Positions 40,202 through 50,238 of a stretch of 64,000 nucleotides of DNA are shown here, in pieces. The DNA is from Maricaulis sp. (GTDB lineage: Bacteria; Pseudomonadota; Alphaproteobacteria; Caulobacterales; Maricaulaceae). The stretch covers positions 385,768-449,767 of the forward strand of contig NZ_JAXMOC010000002.1 of the NCBI RefSeq assembly GCF_034670125.1, read 5' to 3'. The notes below the pieces were generated by a model. It made no database searches and was not told the DNA's origin. It saw only the letters and a list, made by a program, of their open reading frames with translations. Position 1 is the stretch's first letter; every line of letters starts with the position of its first letter. Made by a program: the position numbers and the translations under genes.

Positions 40202-40792
40202 TCAGGTGTCCGACGGTGGTCGCGTCGATTGGAAGCTCACCCGCTGTTGCCACGCGTCCAGCAGTGCCGCCAATTGCGGGCGCCCTGCACGCCAATCGCT
40301 CTCCGGGTACCGGAAATCCATATAGGCCAGAGCCACCGCCATGGTGAGCGGTCCCTGGGCCAGGACGCTTTCCAGCCCACCAACGGCGGTCTCCAGTTCA
40401 TCAATCGCGCGCATGATCCCGCGCTCGCGGCGCCCTATCCAATAGGCCGACTGGAGGCCTTCATCCCGCACCATCTCGACGCGGCGGGCCACTGTCAGGT
40501 CAAGCAGCCCATTTCCCAACGCCTCAAGTCGTCGGTCATTCCAGTCCTGCGGCCAGGACTGATCTGCCTGCTCGACGAGATAATCTGCAATCAGCGCACT
40601 TTCGGTGAAAGCCTGACCGTCATCGAGAACAAGGCAAGGTACACGGCCCAGCGGATTGGCCCGCAAGAGCTCGGGATCATCGTCGAACGGATGGGACTCC
40701 CATTCCTCGATCCGGTCTCCCAATCCAAGCTCACGGACCATCACCCGGCATTTTCTGGAATAGGGAGAAGTGGTTGAGATGATGAGCTTCAT
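40202..40792 (-). CDS. Glutathione S-transferase-family protein
   Basis: STTSPYSRK, NPLGRVPCL, TESALIADYL. Confidence 0.88.
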   Translation of the reverse strand: MKLIISTTSPYSRKCRVMVRELGLGDRIEEWESHPFDDDPELLRANPLGRVPCLVLDDGQAFTESALIADYLVEQADQSWPQDWNDRRLEALGNGLLDLTVARRVEMVRDEGLQSAYWIGRRERGIMRAIDELETAVGGLESVLAQGPLTMAVALAYMDFRYPESDWRAGRPQLAALLDAWQQRVSFQSTRPPSDT

Positions 40793-40798
40793 GGTTGG

Positions 40799-41158
40799 TC
40801 AGACCTCCTTGACAGGAACGATCGTCACGCTTTCCCCACAGCCACACGCGTCGGTCTGGTTGGGGTTGTTGAACACGAATTTCGCATGCAGCGGCGAAAT
40901 CTCATAATCAATCTGTGTTCCCAGCAGGAACAGAAGTGCTTTGGACTCGAGCACGATCTCGACGCCCTGGTCCTCGACGCGCTCGTCAAGCGGTTCCGGA
41001 GCCTCGACATAGGCCATCTCGTATTCCATGCCCGCGCAGCCACCATTCTTGACACCGACGCGCAAGAAACCAGCACCGCGCTGGGCCATCAGGTCCTTGA
41101 CCCGGGCAGCCGCAGCTTCAGTCAGGCTCACAGCCTTGGGACGTTCACGAACAGCCAA
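40799..41158 (-). CDS. A-type Fe-S carrier (HesB/IscA/SufA)
   Basis: GGCAGMEY, FNNPN..ACGCGES; TTG start behind GGAGG. Confidence 0.93.
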   Translation of the reverse strand: MAVRERPKAVSLTEAAAARVKDLMAQRGAGFLRVGVKNGGCAGMEYEMAYVEAPEPLDERVEDQGVEIVLESKALLFLLGTQIDYEISPLHAKFVFNNPNQTDACGCGESVTIVPVKEV

Positions 41159-41167
41159 GTCGGCCTC

Positions 41168-41584
41168 CTAAAACATGTTGAGCGCGAGACGCGCTTCATC
41201 CGACATCCGGTCCGGCGTCCAGGGAGGCTCGAACGTCAAATCAACCAGCGCCCTGTCGACGCCGTCGACCTTCTCGACCGCTTCCTGGACCCAGCCCGGC
41301 ATCTCGCCGGCTACCGGGCAGCCCGGTGCGGTCAAGGACATTTGCACCTTGAGGGTCCGGTCATCTTCCAGGTCGACCTTGTAGATCAAACCCAGCTCAT
41401 AGATGTCGACCGGAATCTCCGGATCATACACTGACTTCAACGCCTCCACGACAGCGTCGGTGATCCGCGCGAGCTCGTCAGCAGGAATCGCACCCGTTCC
41501 GTCCGCAGGGTTGGCGGGGCTGGCCCCGAGGGCATCAGCGGGCGTCGACAGGTCGATCACGTCACGGGAGGTTTGTTCGGTCAT
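41168..41584 (-). CDS. sufT: DUF59/SufT-type Fe-S assembly protein
   Basis: VYDPEIPVDIYELGLIY, LTAPGCPVAG, FEPPWTPDRMS. Confidence 0.88.
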   Translation of the reverse strand: MTEQTSRDVIDLSTPADALGASPANPADGTGAIPADELARITDAVVEALKSVYDPEIPVDIYELGLIYKVDLEDDRTLKVQMSLTAPGCPVAGEMPGWVQEAVEKVDGVDRALVDLTFEPPWTPDRMSDEARLALNMF

Positions 41585-41592
41585 GGTTTTAC

Positions 41593-42834
41593 CTAGATGA
41601 GGAAGTCGCGGGCCTTTTTCAATGCGTCGACAAACGCATCAGCCTCTTCGATTGTGTTGTAGATAGCGAAACTGGCTCGCGCCGTGGAACTGACACCCAT
41701 GCGCCGCATGAGCGGCTGGGCACAATGATGCCCGGCCCGCACGGCCACACCGTACTTGTCGAGGATCTGCGCCACATCATGGGGATGGGCGCCGTCGAGC
41801 GTGAATGAAATGATGGCGCCCTTGTCCTGGGCCGTGCCGACCACCCTCACACCGTCCATGTCGGCGATGCCCTGCATGGCCCGATCCAACAGCATACGTT
41901 CGTGCTCGAGAATCGCGATCCGGTCATGACGTTCCAGCCAGCGGATTGCAGCGCCCAGACCGATGGCATCGGCGATGGCCGGCGTACCGGCTTCGAATTT
42001 GTGCGGGACATCCGCAAAGGTCACCCGGTCCTCGAACACATCGGCGATCATCTCACCGCCGCCCATATAGGGTGGGAGCCGGTCGAGCCAGTCGCCCTTG
42101 GCATAAAGCGCGCCGATGCCGGACGGGCCGTAGAGTTTGTGTCCGGTGAAGACGAAGAAATCACAATCAAGCGCACGGACATCGACCGGCAGGTGAACCG
42201 CCGATTGGGAACCGTCGAGCAGGACCGGGATGCCGCGGGACTTGCCGATCTCGACGATCCGGGCCGCGTCATTCACCGTACCCAGGACATTCGACATATG
42301 CGTGATCGCGATCAGCTTCGTGTTCTCGTTCACCATGGCTGCCAGCTGTGGATAATCCAACTCGCCGGTGTCGGTCACGGGCGCCCACCGCAAGTTCAAG
42401 CCCCGGGAATCAGCCAGAAGCCGCCAGGGAACGATATTGGAGTGGTGCTCCATCTGGGAGATGATGATCTCGTCTCCCTCGCCCAGCATCTGGCCGAAAC
42501 TGTGGGCCACGAGATTGATCGCTTCGGTCGACCCGCGGGTGAAGACGATTTCCTCGGTTCGCTCGGCATTGAGAAAACGGCGTACATCCTCGCGTGATTT
42601 CTCGAATTCCTCAGTGGTCTCATTGGCCAGGGTATGGAGCCCGCGATGCACATTGGCGTAGGAAGCACGATAGACACCGGCGACGCTCTCAATCACGAAT
42701 TCCGGTTTCTGGGCCGAGGCCGCATTGTCGAGGTAACAAAGCGGATAGCCGTTGATTTCGCGCTGCAGAATCGGAAACTCGGCGCGAATTGCGTCGATGT
42801 TCAGCGGCGCCTTGATGGTCGATTGTGCGGTCAT
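41593..42834 (-). CDS. sufS: Cysteine desulfurase, group II
   Basis: YLDNAASAQK, EHHSNIVPW, TGHKLYGP, VRAGHHCA. Confidence 0.95.
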   Translation of the reverse strand: MTAQSTIKAPLNIDAIRAEFPILQREINGYPLCYLDNAASAQKPEFVIESVAGVYRASYANVHRGLHTLANETTEEFEKSREDVRRFLNAERTEEIVFTRGSTEAINLVAHSFGQMLGEGDEIIISQMEHHSNIVPWRLLADSRGLNLRWAPVTDTGELDYPQLAAMVNENTKLIAITHMSNVLGTVNDAARIVEIGKSRGIPVLLDGSQSAVHLPVDVRALDCDFFVFTGHKLYGPSGIGALYAKGDWLDRLPPYMGGGEMIADVFEDRVTFADVPHKFEAGTPAIADAIGLGAAIRWLERHDRIAILEHERMLLDRAMQGIADMDGVRVVGTAQDKGAIISFTLDGAHPHDVAQILDKYGVAVRAGHHCAQPLMRRMGVSSTARASFAIYNTIEEADAFVDALKKARDFLI

Positions 42835-43859
42835 GTCAGTGCTCCCAGGCGCGCGCGCAGGCTGGCCTTGAGCGTCTCTCGCAGGGCTTCGTCCCGGACC
42901 CGGTCCAGCGGTTCGGCCAGATAGCTTTCAATCAGAAGCGCGCGGGCCTTGGCTTCCGGCAAGCCCCGCTGGCGCATGTAGAAAAGCGCCGTTTCATCCA
43001 ACGTACCCAACGCATTGCCATGGGCACACTGGACGTCGTCGGCGTAGATCTCCAACTCCGGCTTGGCATCGATCTCGGCTTTCTCGCCCAGCATCAGCGC
43101 CCGGTGCGTCATCCGCGCATCGGTCTGCTGCGCCGCTCGGTCGACGACGAACTTGCCCTGGAACACGCCGTGTCCACCTGAGGCCACCGCTCCCTTCACC
43201 AGCTGCCTGGTCACGCCGCCCGGCCCTGTGTGGTGGACCAGATTGGTTGTGTCGGCATGGCGTCCGGCGGCCAGGATATAGGCACCGCCCATGTCAATGC
43301 TGGCGCCCTGGCCTGGATGCGTCACATGGGTCTCATTGCGCGAGAGACGTGCACCGGTATCAACCATGGTCTGGTTGAGTGTCGCTCCCTCCGCCAGCTC
43401 GATTTCGGCCGATCCGACAAAGACCGCATCTGCGTCATGTTCGGTGAGCACAATGCGATCAAGGCGGGCCCCGGCTTCAACACGAATGGACACATGCCAG
43501 TTGCCCAGGGAACCGGCGCCCCCCTTCAGCGTTTCAACCAGCAACACGGACGCGCCCGCCGGAACAATCAGTGATGCGTCTGCCGCACTGGCCCCTGCCG
43601 AGGCCGAGATGACCAGCTCCAGTCGGTCGCCGTCCTGAAGCGTGACCCGCCCGTTCAGGCCCGTTACATCGATCCGTCCGGCACCGCTGACATCATTGGC
43701 GGCGCGGCGCAGATCAGACCATTTCCAAAGCTCATTGCGGCGCGTCGGCAAGCCGTCCCGCTGTGTCGCCTCGCGCAATTGCGCGCGCCAGCCGGTCGCA
43801 CCGTCGAGTGCGTCGATCAGGGCCAGTTCGGCCGGTGTATGGGTCAGCGTTACGGTCAT
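42831..43859 (-). CDS. sufD: Fe-S cluster assembly protein SufD (short, 342 aa)
   Basis: LPTRRNELWKWSDL, GVFQGK, AQQTDA, KPELEIYADDVQCAHG, LFYMRQRG. Confidence 0.9.
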   Translation of the reverse strand: MTVTLTHTPAELALIDALDGATGWRAQLREATQRDGLPTRRNELWKWSDLRRAANDVSGAGRIDVTGLNGRVTLQDGDRLELVISASAGASAADASLIVPAGASVLLVETLKGGAGSLGNWHVSIRVEAGARLDRIVLTEHDADAVFVGSAEIELAEGATLNQTMVDTGARLSRNETHVTHPGQGASIDMGGAYILAAGRHADTTNLVHHTGPGGVTRQLVKGAVASGGHGVFQGKFVVDRAAQQTDARMTHRALMLGEKAEIDAKPELEIYADDVQCAHGNALGTLDETALFYMRQRGLPEAKARALLIESYLAEPLDRVRDEALRETLKASLRARLGALT

Positions 43860-43862
43860 GCC

Positions 43863-44627
43863 TCAGGCCGCCTCGCCGAGATACTTGTCATAGCCTTCGG
43901 CCTCGAGCTCACGCGCCAGTTCCGGGCCACCCGACTTGACGATACGGCCATTGGCCATGACGTGGACCACGTCCGGCGTGATGTGGTCGAGCAGGCGCTG
44001 ATAGTGGGTGATCACCAGCATGCCGCGCTCAGGCGAGCGCAGGGCGTTGACGCCGTCCGACACAACCTTCAGCGCGTCGATATCAAGGCCACTATCGGTT
44101 TCGTCGAGGATCAGGAATCTGGGCTCCAGCACCAGCGCCTGGAGGATTTCCATCCGCTTCTTCTCACCGCCGGAAAAGCCGACATTCACGGCCCGCTTGA
44201 GCATGTCCATGGAGACGTTGAGCTGCTTGGCCTTCTCGCGAATCAACTTCATGAACTCCGGTGCCGAGACCTCCTCTTCACCGCGCGTGATGCGCTGGGC
44301 ATTGAGGGCTTCCTTGAGAAAGGTGATGGTCGGAACACCGGGGATTTCAACGGGGTACTGGAAGGAGAGATAGAGACCCAGGGCAGCGCGCTCTTCCGGG
44401 GCCAAGTCAGCGAGGTCCTCGCCAGAAAAGCGCATCTCGCCGCCGGTGACCTCATAGCCATCGCGGCCGGTCAGCACATAGGACAGGGTCGACTTGCCAG
44501 AGCCGTTCGGCCCCATGATCGCGTGGACCTCGCCAGCCGGCACTTCGAGCGACAGCCCTTTCAGGATCGACTTTTCCTCGCCGTCCTGGGTTTCGACTTG
44601 GCACTGGAGGTCTTGGATTCTCAGCAT
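43863..44627 (-). CDS. sufC: Fe-S assembly ATPase SufC
   Basis: MGPNGSGKST, FQYPVEIPG, GFSGGEKKR, DETDSGLDID, ITHYQR; true start MLRIQD. Confidence 0.96.
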   Translation of the reverse strand: MLRIQDLQCQVETQDGEEKSILKGLSLEVPAGEVHAIMGPNGSGKSTLSYVLTGRDGYEVTGGEMRFSGEDLADLAPEERAALGLYLSFQYPVEIPGVPTITFLKEALNAQRITRGEEEVSAPEFMKLIREKAKQLNVSMDMLKRAVNVGFSGGEKKRMEILQALVLEPRFLILDETDSGLDIDALKVVSDGVNALRSPERGMLVITHYQRLLDHITPDVVHVMANGRIVKSGGPELARELEAEGYDKYLGEAA

Positions 44628-44664
44628 GGTCTCTCTCATTATCCTGTCGAACCGGCCGGGCCGG

Positions 44665-45345
44665 TTATTGCGTGTATTCAGCTTCGCATACGGCGATGAT
44701 GGCACTGGCATCGAGCCCGCGCGCCACAATCCCGGAACCGTCAGTGATGGTGCAGCGCCCGGCAGCGGCGTCGATCCGCATCTCGTAGATGTGGACGAAT
44801 CCATCCGCATCAAGCAGCTGCGCTGTTTCGTGATAGGTGGCCGCATTCTCGCGGGTCAACGTGATCACGAGGCCATTGCGGAGTTCGAAGGCGTCCACAC
44901 CGAAACCGCCGAGCTCGCCGGATGGGTAGTAGACACCGTCCTCATCGGCCTGCCAGACATAGTAGTAGGTGTTCACATTACCGGTGATGTAGGGGATGAA
45001 GAGCTCGGGCGTGCCATCCGCGTTGATATCGCGCAAGGCCGGTGCCGACACCACGCTTTCAATGGTCATCGGATCGGACGCATCGAGGATCTCGCCGCTC
45101 AGCGGATCATGCTGGGTGAAGGTCAGGACCGACTCCCAATCACCCGTTTCATAGACGAAATTCAACAGAACTTCGCCAGGCATCAGGGCGCAGTCGACGG
45201 TCCCGGCATAGCCGATTTCCAGCGTGTCACACCAGGGCATACCGTCTTCGGCATGGGTGAAATCCTGGGCCGACACCGACGCGCTCAGCGCTATCGCCGT
45301 GAGGGTCGCACCCGTCATCATCATGTGCTTCATCCTGGTCATCAT
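44665..45345 (-). CDS. Hypothetical acidic secreted protein with a DxNxDG Ca-loop
   Basis: Signal peptide ending SVSA; DINADGTPELF..GNVNTYYYVW; 4 Cys; ATGA overlap with the cupin gene. Confidence 0.7.
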   Translation of the reverse strand: MMTRMKHMMMTGATLTAIALSASVSAQDFTHAEDGMPWCDTLEIGYAGTVDCALMPGEVLLNFVYETGDWESVLTFTQHDPLSGEILDASDPMTIESVVSAPALRDINADGTPELFIPYITGNVNTYYYVWQADEDGVYYPSGELGGFGVDAFELRNGLVITLTRENAATYHETAQLLDADGFVHIYEMRIDAAAGRCTITDGSGIVARGLDASAIIAVCEAEYTQ

Positions 45346-45836
45346 CCTTCGCCCTCCCAGTAGTCCACCGGTTCGGCCGCATAGGCGCGGTGCCGGAAGG
45401 CCGGTTCGCCGCCATCAGTCTCGGACCAACGCACGGCGCCGACCTTGTTCGAGTCCGGATATTCCACCACATCGACCGGCTGCATCGTGGAGACGCAAAT
45501 ATATTTGAGATCTCCGGTGCCGGTATTGATCAGCTGGTGCGCGACATTCCGGCCGCCGGTCGGCGCGGCCAGGACATGTCCGGCGCGCACGGCATGGCGG
45601 GTCTCGCCAAAACGGTAGGTCCCCTCACCTTCCAAGATGATGATGGCTTCCTCGATGGCGTGGTGATTGTGATAGGGGAACGCCGTCTTGCCCGGCGGGA
45701 CGATGGCCAGCGAACAGCCCAGCTGCTGCAGACCGATCAATGGGCCAAGGCGCGCGAGGTCGGCCGAAAAGGTCTCGCCATGCGCCAGGTTTTCCAGCGG
45801 CACATCATTGATGTGGGTCACAGGCGTCCGCGTCAT
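45342..45836 (-). CDS. Cupin-domain protein (His-His-Glu-His metal site)
   Basis: VPPGKTAFPYHNHHAIEEAIIILEGEG and AHQLINTG, DVVEYPDS. Confidence 0.88.
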   Translation of the reverse strand: MTRTPVTHINDVPLENLAHGETFSADLARLGPLIGLQQLGCSLAIVPPGKTAFPYHNHHAIEEAIIILEGEGTYRFGETRHAVRAGHVLAAPTGGRNVAHQLINTGTGDLKYICVSTMQPVDVVEYPDSNKVGAVRWSETDGGEPAFRHRAYAAEPVDYWEGEG

Positions 45837-46153
45837 GGCCTGTCCTCCGACTCGTCGGCGGAGACCGAGAACAAAAAGCTGACCGCCAGCAATGCCAGGA
45901 AACCGAGCACAATCACCGTCCAGCGCGTCGAGACTTCATTAGTTCCAAGCTGGAAGGTTGATCCCACAAGCACCGGCAGGAGCCAGGCCAGAAGCGCGAA
46001 AACGGCCACCATCGCGACGCTGAGGCCCCATGCTTCGTGATTGGCCGGCATGAAGCTGACATGGAATCCCGACGGTCGCGAAACAAGCGGCGTTCTGTAG
46101 CCGAACATGCGATAACCCGCCTTTCGCGCGAAGATCGGTCGGTTGATTTTCAC
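45833..46153 (-). CDS. Small hypothetical two-TM membrane protein
   Basis: Two hydrophobic helices; GTGA overlap with the sufB stop and ATGA overlap with the cupin start; alternative start 46108. Confidence 0.6.
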   Translation of the reverse strand: MKINRPIFARKAGYRMFGYRTPLVSRPSGFHVSFMPANHEAWGLSVAMVAVFALLAWLLPVLVGSTFQLGTNEVSTRWTVIVLGFLALLAVSFLFSVSADESEDRP

Positions 46154-47625
46154 CCGACACTCCCCTCAAGGCTGACCTTGAGCAGGGCTTGCGCTTCCAC
46201 CGCAAATTCCATCGGCAGTTCCTGCAGGACCTCCCGGACGAAACCATTGACCAGCAGGGCCGTCGCTGCCTCCTCGCCCAGCCCGCGCTGGCGGGCGTAG
46301 AAGAGCTGGTCTTCGGACAGCTTGGTCGTTGTCGCCTCGTGTTCGAGCACGGCCTTGGGCGTCTTGCACTCGACATAGGGCACGGTGTGGGCGCCGCACT
46401 GGTCACCGATCAGCAAGCTGTCGCACTGCGTGAAATTGCGGGCACCCTCGGCTTTGCCGTGCACCGAGACCAGGCCGCGATAGGTCTGGTCGGAGCGGCC
46501 GGCCGATATGCCCTTGGAGATGATACGACTGGTCGAGCCCTTGCCCAGATGGATCATCTTGGTGCCGGTATCGGCCTGTTGATGACCATTGGTCACCGCG
46601 ATCGAGTAGAACTCACCGCGCGAGTTTTCACCGCGCAGGATGCAAGACGGGTATTTCCAGGTAATCGCCGAACCCGTCTCGACCTGGGTCCAGGAAATCT
46701 TCGAATTCTTGCCGCGACAATCGCCGCGCTTGGTGACGAAGTTATAGACCCCGCCCTTGCCGTTCTCATCGCCCGGCCACCAGTTCTGGACGGTGGAGTA
46801 CTTGATCTCGGCATCGTCCAGCGCAACCAATTCAACCACGGCGGCGTGGAGCTGGTTTTCGTCGCGCATCGGCGCCGTACAGCCTTCCAGATAGGACACG
46901 TAAGCGCCCTTGTCGGCGATGATCAGCGTGCGCTCGAACTGGCCGGTGCCTTGCGCGTTCATCCGGAAATAGGTCGACAGCTCCATCGGGCAGCGAACGC
47001 CCGGCGGGACATAGACGAAGGACCCGTCCGAGAAGACGGCGGTGTTGAGCGTGGCAAAGAAATTGTCCGAAGCGGGCACGACCGAACCAAGGTACGTTTT
47101 TACCAGGTCTGGGTGTTCGCGCAGGGCTTCGGAGATTGAGCAGAAGATCACGCCCGCTTTGGCGAGTTCCGCCTTGAAGGTCGTGACGACAGACACTGAG
47201 TCAAACACCGCGTCGACCGCGACACGATTTTCCGAACCCTTTACACCCAGCAGGACTTCCTGCTCTTTCAGCGAAATCCCCAGCTTGGCGAAGTCAGCGA
47301 GGATTTCCTCGGGGACATCGTCAATGCTGTCATACTTCGCGCCGTCCTTGGGCTCGGCATAATAGTGAATGTCCTGATAGTCGATCTTGGGATAGTTGAC
47401 CTTGGCCCACTCAGGTTCCTTCATCGCCCTGAAGCGCTCGAGCGCCTCCAGACGCCAATCCAGCATCCAGCCCGGTTCACCCTTCTTGGCCGAGATGAGA
47501 CGCACGGTCTCCTCGTTCAGCCCCTTGGGTGCGAGATCCTGTTCGATGTCCGTGGTGAAGCCGTACTTGTACTTGTCGGCCTCCAGCTTGCGGACGTCTT
47601 CGATGGTTTCCTTGACTGCGGCCAT
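46150..47625 (-). CDS. sufB: Fe-S cluster assembly protein SufB
   Basis: [53 protein letters not shown]. Confidence 0.97.
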   Translation of the reverse strand: MAAVKETIEDVRKLEADKYKYGFTTDIEQDLAPKGLNEETVRLISAKKGEPGWMLDWRLEALERFRAMKEPEWAKVNYPKIDYQDIHYYAEPKDGAKYDSIDDVPEEILADFAKLGISLKEQEVLLGVKGSENRVAVDAVFDSVSVVTTFKAELAKAGVIFCSISEALREHPDLVKTYLGSVVPASDNFFATLNTAVFSDGSFVYVPPGVRCPMELSTYFRMNAQGTGQFERTLIIADKGAYVSYLEGCTAPMRDENQLHAAVVELVALDDAEIKYSTVQNWWPGDENGKGGVYNFVTKRGDCRGKNSKISWTQVETGSAITWKYPSCILRGENSRGEFYSIAVTNGHQQADTGTKMIHLGKGSTSRIISKGISAGRSDQTYRGLVSVHGKAEGARNFTQCDSLLIGDQCGAHTVPYVECKTPKAVLEHEATTTKLSEDQLFYARQRGLGEEAATALLVNGFVREVLQELPMEFAVEAQALLKVSLEGSVG

Positions 47626-47626
47626 G

Positions 47627-48790
47627 TTATCCTACCACCTCTTCAGGCATCTGCTTTGATGGCAATTCGGCGCGCGCATACGCTGCCGTCCACGCCTTGA
47701 TGAAGGCGTCTGCATCATCCGGTTTTGAATTCCAACCCAGGCTTACACGCACAAAGCCCTGCGACGCGGCTTCGGGCAGGCCGAGCGCTGTTCCGACCTT
47801 TGACCCTTTTGACGATCCGGACGAGCAGGCCGAACCGGCGCTGATCGAGACACCGTCCAGATCGACCGCCATGACCTGGGTCGACCCGGGCCAACCTGGC
47901 AGGCTCATGCCAAGCGTATTGGGCAGGCGGGGTGCGTCTGCCCCGATTTCAATCATCTGGGGCGCCACCGCACGGATCGCGGCGGCCATCCGGTCGCGCT
48001 CCAAAGCCAAGGCGGCAAACCGCGCAAGCCCCGTGACAGCTTCCTCGAGTGCCGTGGCCAGCCCGACAATACCGGCCACGTTGAGTGTACCGGCCCGACG
48101 CCCCTTCTCCTGGCCACCACCGTGATGGTGTCTCGCCATTGGCGCATCGCAGGCCGCCAACAGGGCGCCGACACCTTGAGGGCCGCCGAACTTGTGGGCC
48201 GAGATCGCCAGATAGTCGCAACCCAGCTCTGCGAAATCGACTTCAATCTTGCCGGCAGCCTGGATCGCGTCGACCACCGTCAACCCGCCGGCTTCGCGCA
48301 CCAGCGTCGCGGCCTCCCGGACAGGCTGGATCGTGCCGGTCTCATTGCTCGCCAGCATCATCGCCACAAGCGTTCGGCCATCTTCCGGTGAAACGCGGGA
48401 CAGGCGTTCTGCGAGCCAGTCGACCCTGGCGACGCCCTTCGCATCGACAGGCCAGGTCTCAACCGGGAGCCCGCTGGCGATCGCAGTGGCAGCGACCGCT
48501 TCATGCTCCAGCGCGGTCACGACGATCCGGCCGACGCCTCCGGCACTGATCGCCGCGTGCAAAGCCAGGTTCAGCGCTTCGGTTCCACCGGATGTAAAAA
48601 TGATGTCTTCAGCCCGCGCGCAAAGCACCTTGCCGACCGCGCGCCGGGCCGTCTCGACCCGGGACAGCGCGGCCTGACCATGGGCGTGCACCGAGGACGG
48701 ATTGCCGACCTCGGCCATCACCTTGGACATGGCGGCAATCGCGCTCGGCCGGACCGGCGTGGTCGCATTGTGATCCAGATAGGTGCGCAT
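47627..48790 (-). CDS. iscS: Cysteine desulfurase, group I (IscS/NifS-like)
   Basis: [40 protein letters not shown]. Confidence 0.88.
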   Translation of the reverse strand: MRTYLDHNATTPVRPSAIAAMSKVMAEVGNPSSVHAHGQAALSRVETARRAVGKVLCARAEDIIFTSGGTEALNLALHAAISAGGVGRIVVTALEHEAVAATAIASGLPVETWPVDAKGVARVDWLAERLSRVSPEDGRTLVAMMLASNETGTIQPVREAATLVREAGGLTVVDAIQAAGKIEVDFAELGCDYLAISAHKFGGPQGVGALLAACDAPMARHHHGGGQEKGRRAGTLNVAGIVGLATALEEAVTGLARFAALALERDRMAAAIRAVAPQMIEIGADAPRLPNTLGMSLPGWPGSTQVMAVDLDGVSISAGSACSSGSSKGSKVGTALGLPEAASQGFVRVSLGWNSKPDDADAFIKAWTAAYARAELPSKQMPEEVVG

Positions 48791-48796
48791 GGAGGG

Positions 48797-49273
48797 TTAT
48801 TCCGCCGCCTGGTTCGCGTCAGTACCCATCGGCTTGAGGCGCCCGGTGGCGCCATTCGCGGACCCGAACAGGCGTCGTTCCAGGACGTCATCCAGGGTCA
48901 CGGACGACAGATAGAGATAAATGTGCCGACCCAGCTCATCCCACAAATCATGGGTGATGCACCGACGGCCATCACTCAGACAACCTTTCGCCTGCGAGCA
49001 CCGCGTGGCGCGCAAGGGTTCGTCGACAGCCAGAATGATATCCGAAATGCGGATTTGGTCGGAAGACCGGCTGAGCTTGTAGCCTCCGCCCGGCCCCCTC
49101 ACCGAGGACACAATGTCCGCCCGGCGAAGCTTGGCGAACAATTGTTCAAGGTAGGACAGCGAGATGGACTGACGCGAAGCAATGTCACCCAAGGTCACCG
49201 GACCGGTGGATGCGGCATCTGCCAGGTCGGCCATGGCCATGACGGCATAGCGGCCTTTTGTGCTAAGCTTCAT
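48797..49273 (-). CDS. iscR: Rrf2-family regulator IscR
   Basis: MKLSTKGRYAV, SLSYLEQLF, SVRGPGGGY, C-x5-C-x6-C-x2-H ligand set (CSQAKGCLSDGRRCITH). Confidence 0.92.
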   Translation of the reverse strand: MKLSTKGRYAVMAMADLADAASTGPVTLGDIASRQSISLSYLEQLFAKLRRADIVSSVRGPGGGYKLSRSSDQIRISDIILAVDEPLRATRCSQAKGCLSDGRRCITHDLWDELGRHIYLYLSSVTLDDVLERRLFGSANGATGRLKPMGTDANQAAE

Positions 49274-49373
49274 GTGTTTACCTCCTTAAACACTCGCATC
49301 CAGCGGGCTGATCATGCTAAGACCCGCCTTTCCGGAGGGGGAGCCGATCTCTGTAAGAGTGACGCACGTCCAA

Positions 49374-49398
49374 TATCCGAGTGAATTAGTCAAGAATA
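49374..49398. promoter_or_regulatory. IscR type-1-like operator upstream of iscR
   Basis: TATCCGAGTGAATTAGTCAAGAATA resembles the recalled type-1 IscR site (ATACCCGACTAAATCAGTCAAG); contains TTGACT on the minus strand. Confidence 0.65.
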
Positions 49399-49483
49399 TG
49401 GGCGCACATCTGTGCACTTGCAACGGACGAAATGCCGCATATTCACGGGACCCAGACACAACGACCCAAAAAGGCGAGATTGA

Positions 49484-50167
49484 ATGCCTGACGTGATCAT
49501 CCCCGGCCCGGCCGGCCGGCTTGAAGGGCGCTACAGCCCGAGCGAAGACCCTACCGCACCGATCGCCCTGATCCTGCATGCCCATCCGCTCGGCGGCGGG
49601 CATATGGAAAACCCGTCCGTCGACATGATGTACGACGTGTTCCGCAAGCGCGGTTTTGCCACGCTGCGGTTCAATTTTCGGGGGGTCGGGCGATCACAGG
49701 GCAGCTACGACCAGGGCCTTGGAGAGCTCTCCGATGCCGCGACCGTTCTCGACTGGGTGCAGGGCTATAACCAAGGTGCACGCTTTTGCTGGGTCGCCGG
49801 GCACTCCTTCGGTGCCTGGGTCGGCATGCAATTGCTGATGCGCCGTCCCGAGATCGCCGGCTTCATTTCGGTGGCCCCACCGACCAACATGTATGACTTC
49901 ACCTTCTTGGCACCCTGCCCGGCATCGGGAATTATCGTGCATGGATCGGCCGACAAGATCGTACCTCCGGACGATGTCGAACGGGTGATGTCGAAGGTTC
50001 GCGTCCAGAAGGGTATCGAGATCACGACCGAGGTCGTGCCGGACGCCAATCACCTGTTCTCCGAACATCTCGACGTGCTGGAGAAGCATATCGAGACCTA
50101 TCTGGAAGGGCGTCTGCCGCTGGTCGAGAAAGAGCGCTCGGAGCGCACGATTACCGGCAAGCGCTGA
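49484..50167 (+). CDS. Alpha/beta-fold hydrolase (conserved neighbour of iscR in alphaproteobacteria)
   Basis: GPAGRLEG, HAHPLGGG, RFNFRGVGRS, GHSFG nucleophile elbow, NHLF. Confidence 0.88.
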   Translation: MPDVIIPGPAGRLEGRYSPSEDPTAPIALILHAHPLGGGHMENPSVDMMYDVFRKRGFATLRFNFRGVGRSQGSYDQGLGELSDAATVLDWVQGYNQGARFCWVAGHSFGAWVGMQLLMRRPEIAGFISVAPPTNMYDFTFLAPCPASGIIVHGSADKIVPPDDVERVMSKVRVQKGIEITTEVVPDANHLFSEHLDVLEKHIETYLEGRLPLVEKERSERTITGKR

Positions 50168-50191
50168 ACCGGCGCTTCAGGACGAAAGACC

Positions 50192-50220
50192 AAAGCCCCG
50201 GCCATCACGCCGGGGCTTTT
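50192..50220. terminator. Bidirectional terminator
   Basis: aaagccccggc-catcac-gccggggctttt. Confidence 0.85.
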
Positions 50221-50238
50221 TCGTGACGGTTCCCGGAT

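Noticed and set aside
42831-43859. sufD as a truncated pseudogene
   Set aside because: Both the N-terminal LPTRRxExWKW motif and the C-terminal motifs are intact, and the gene is tightly coupled to sufC and sufS; the shortening is internal.
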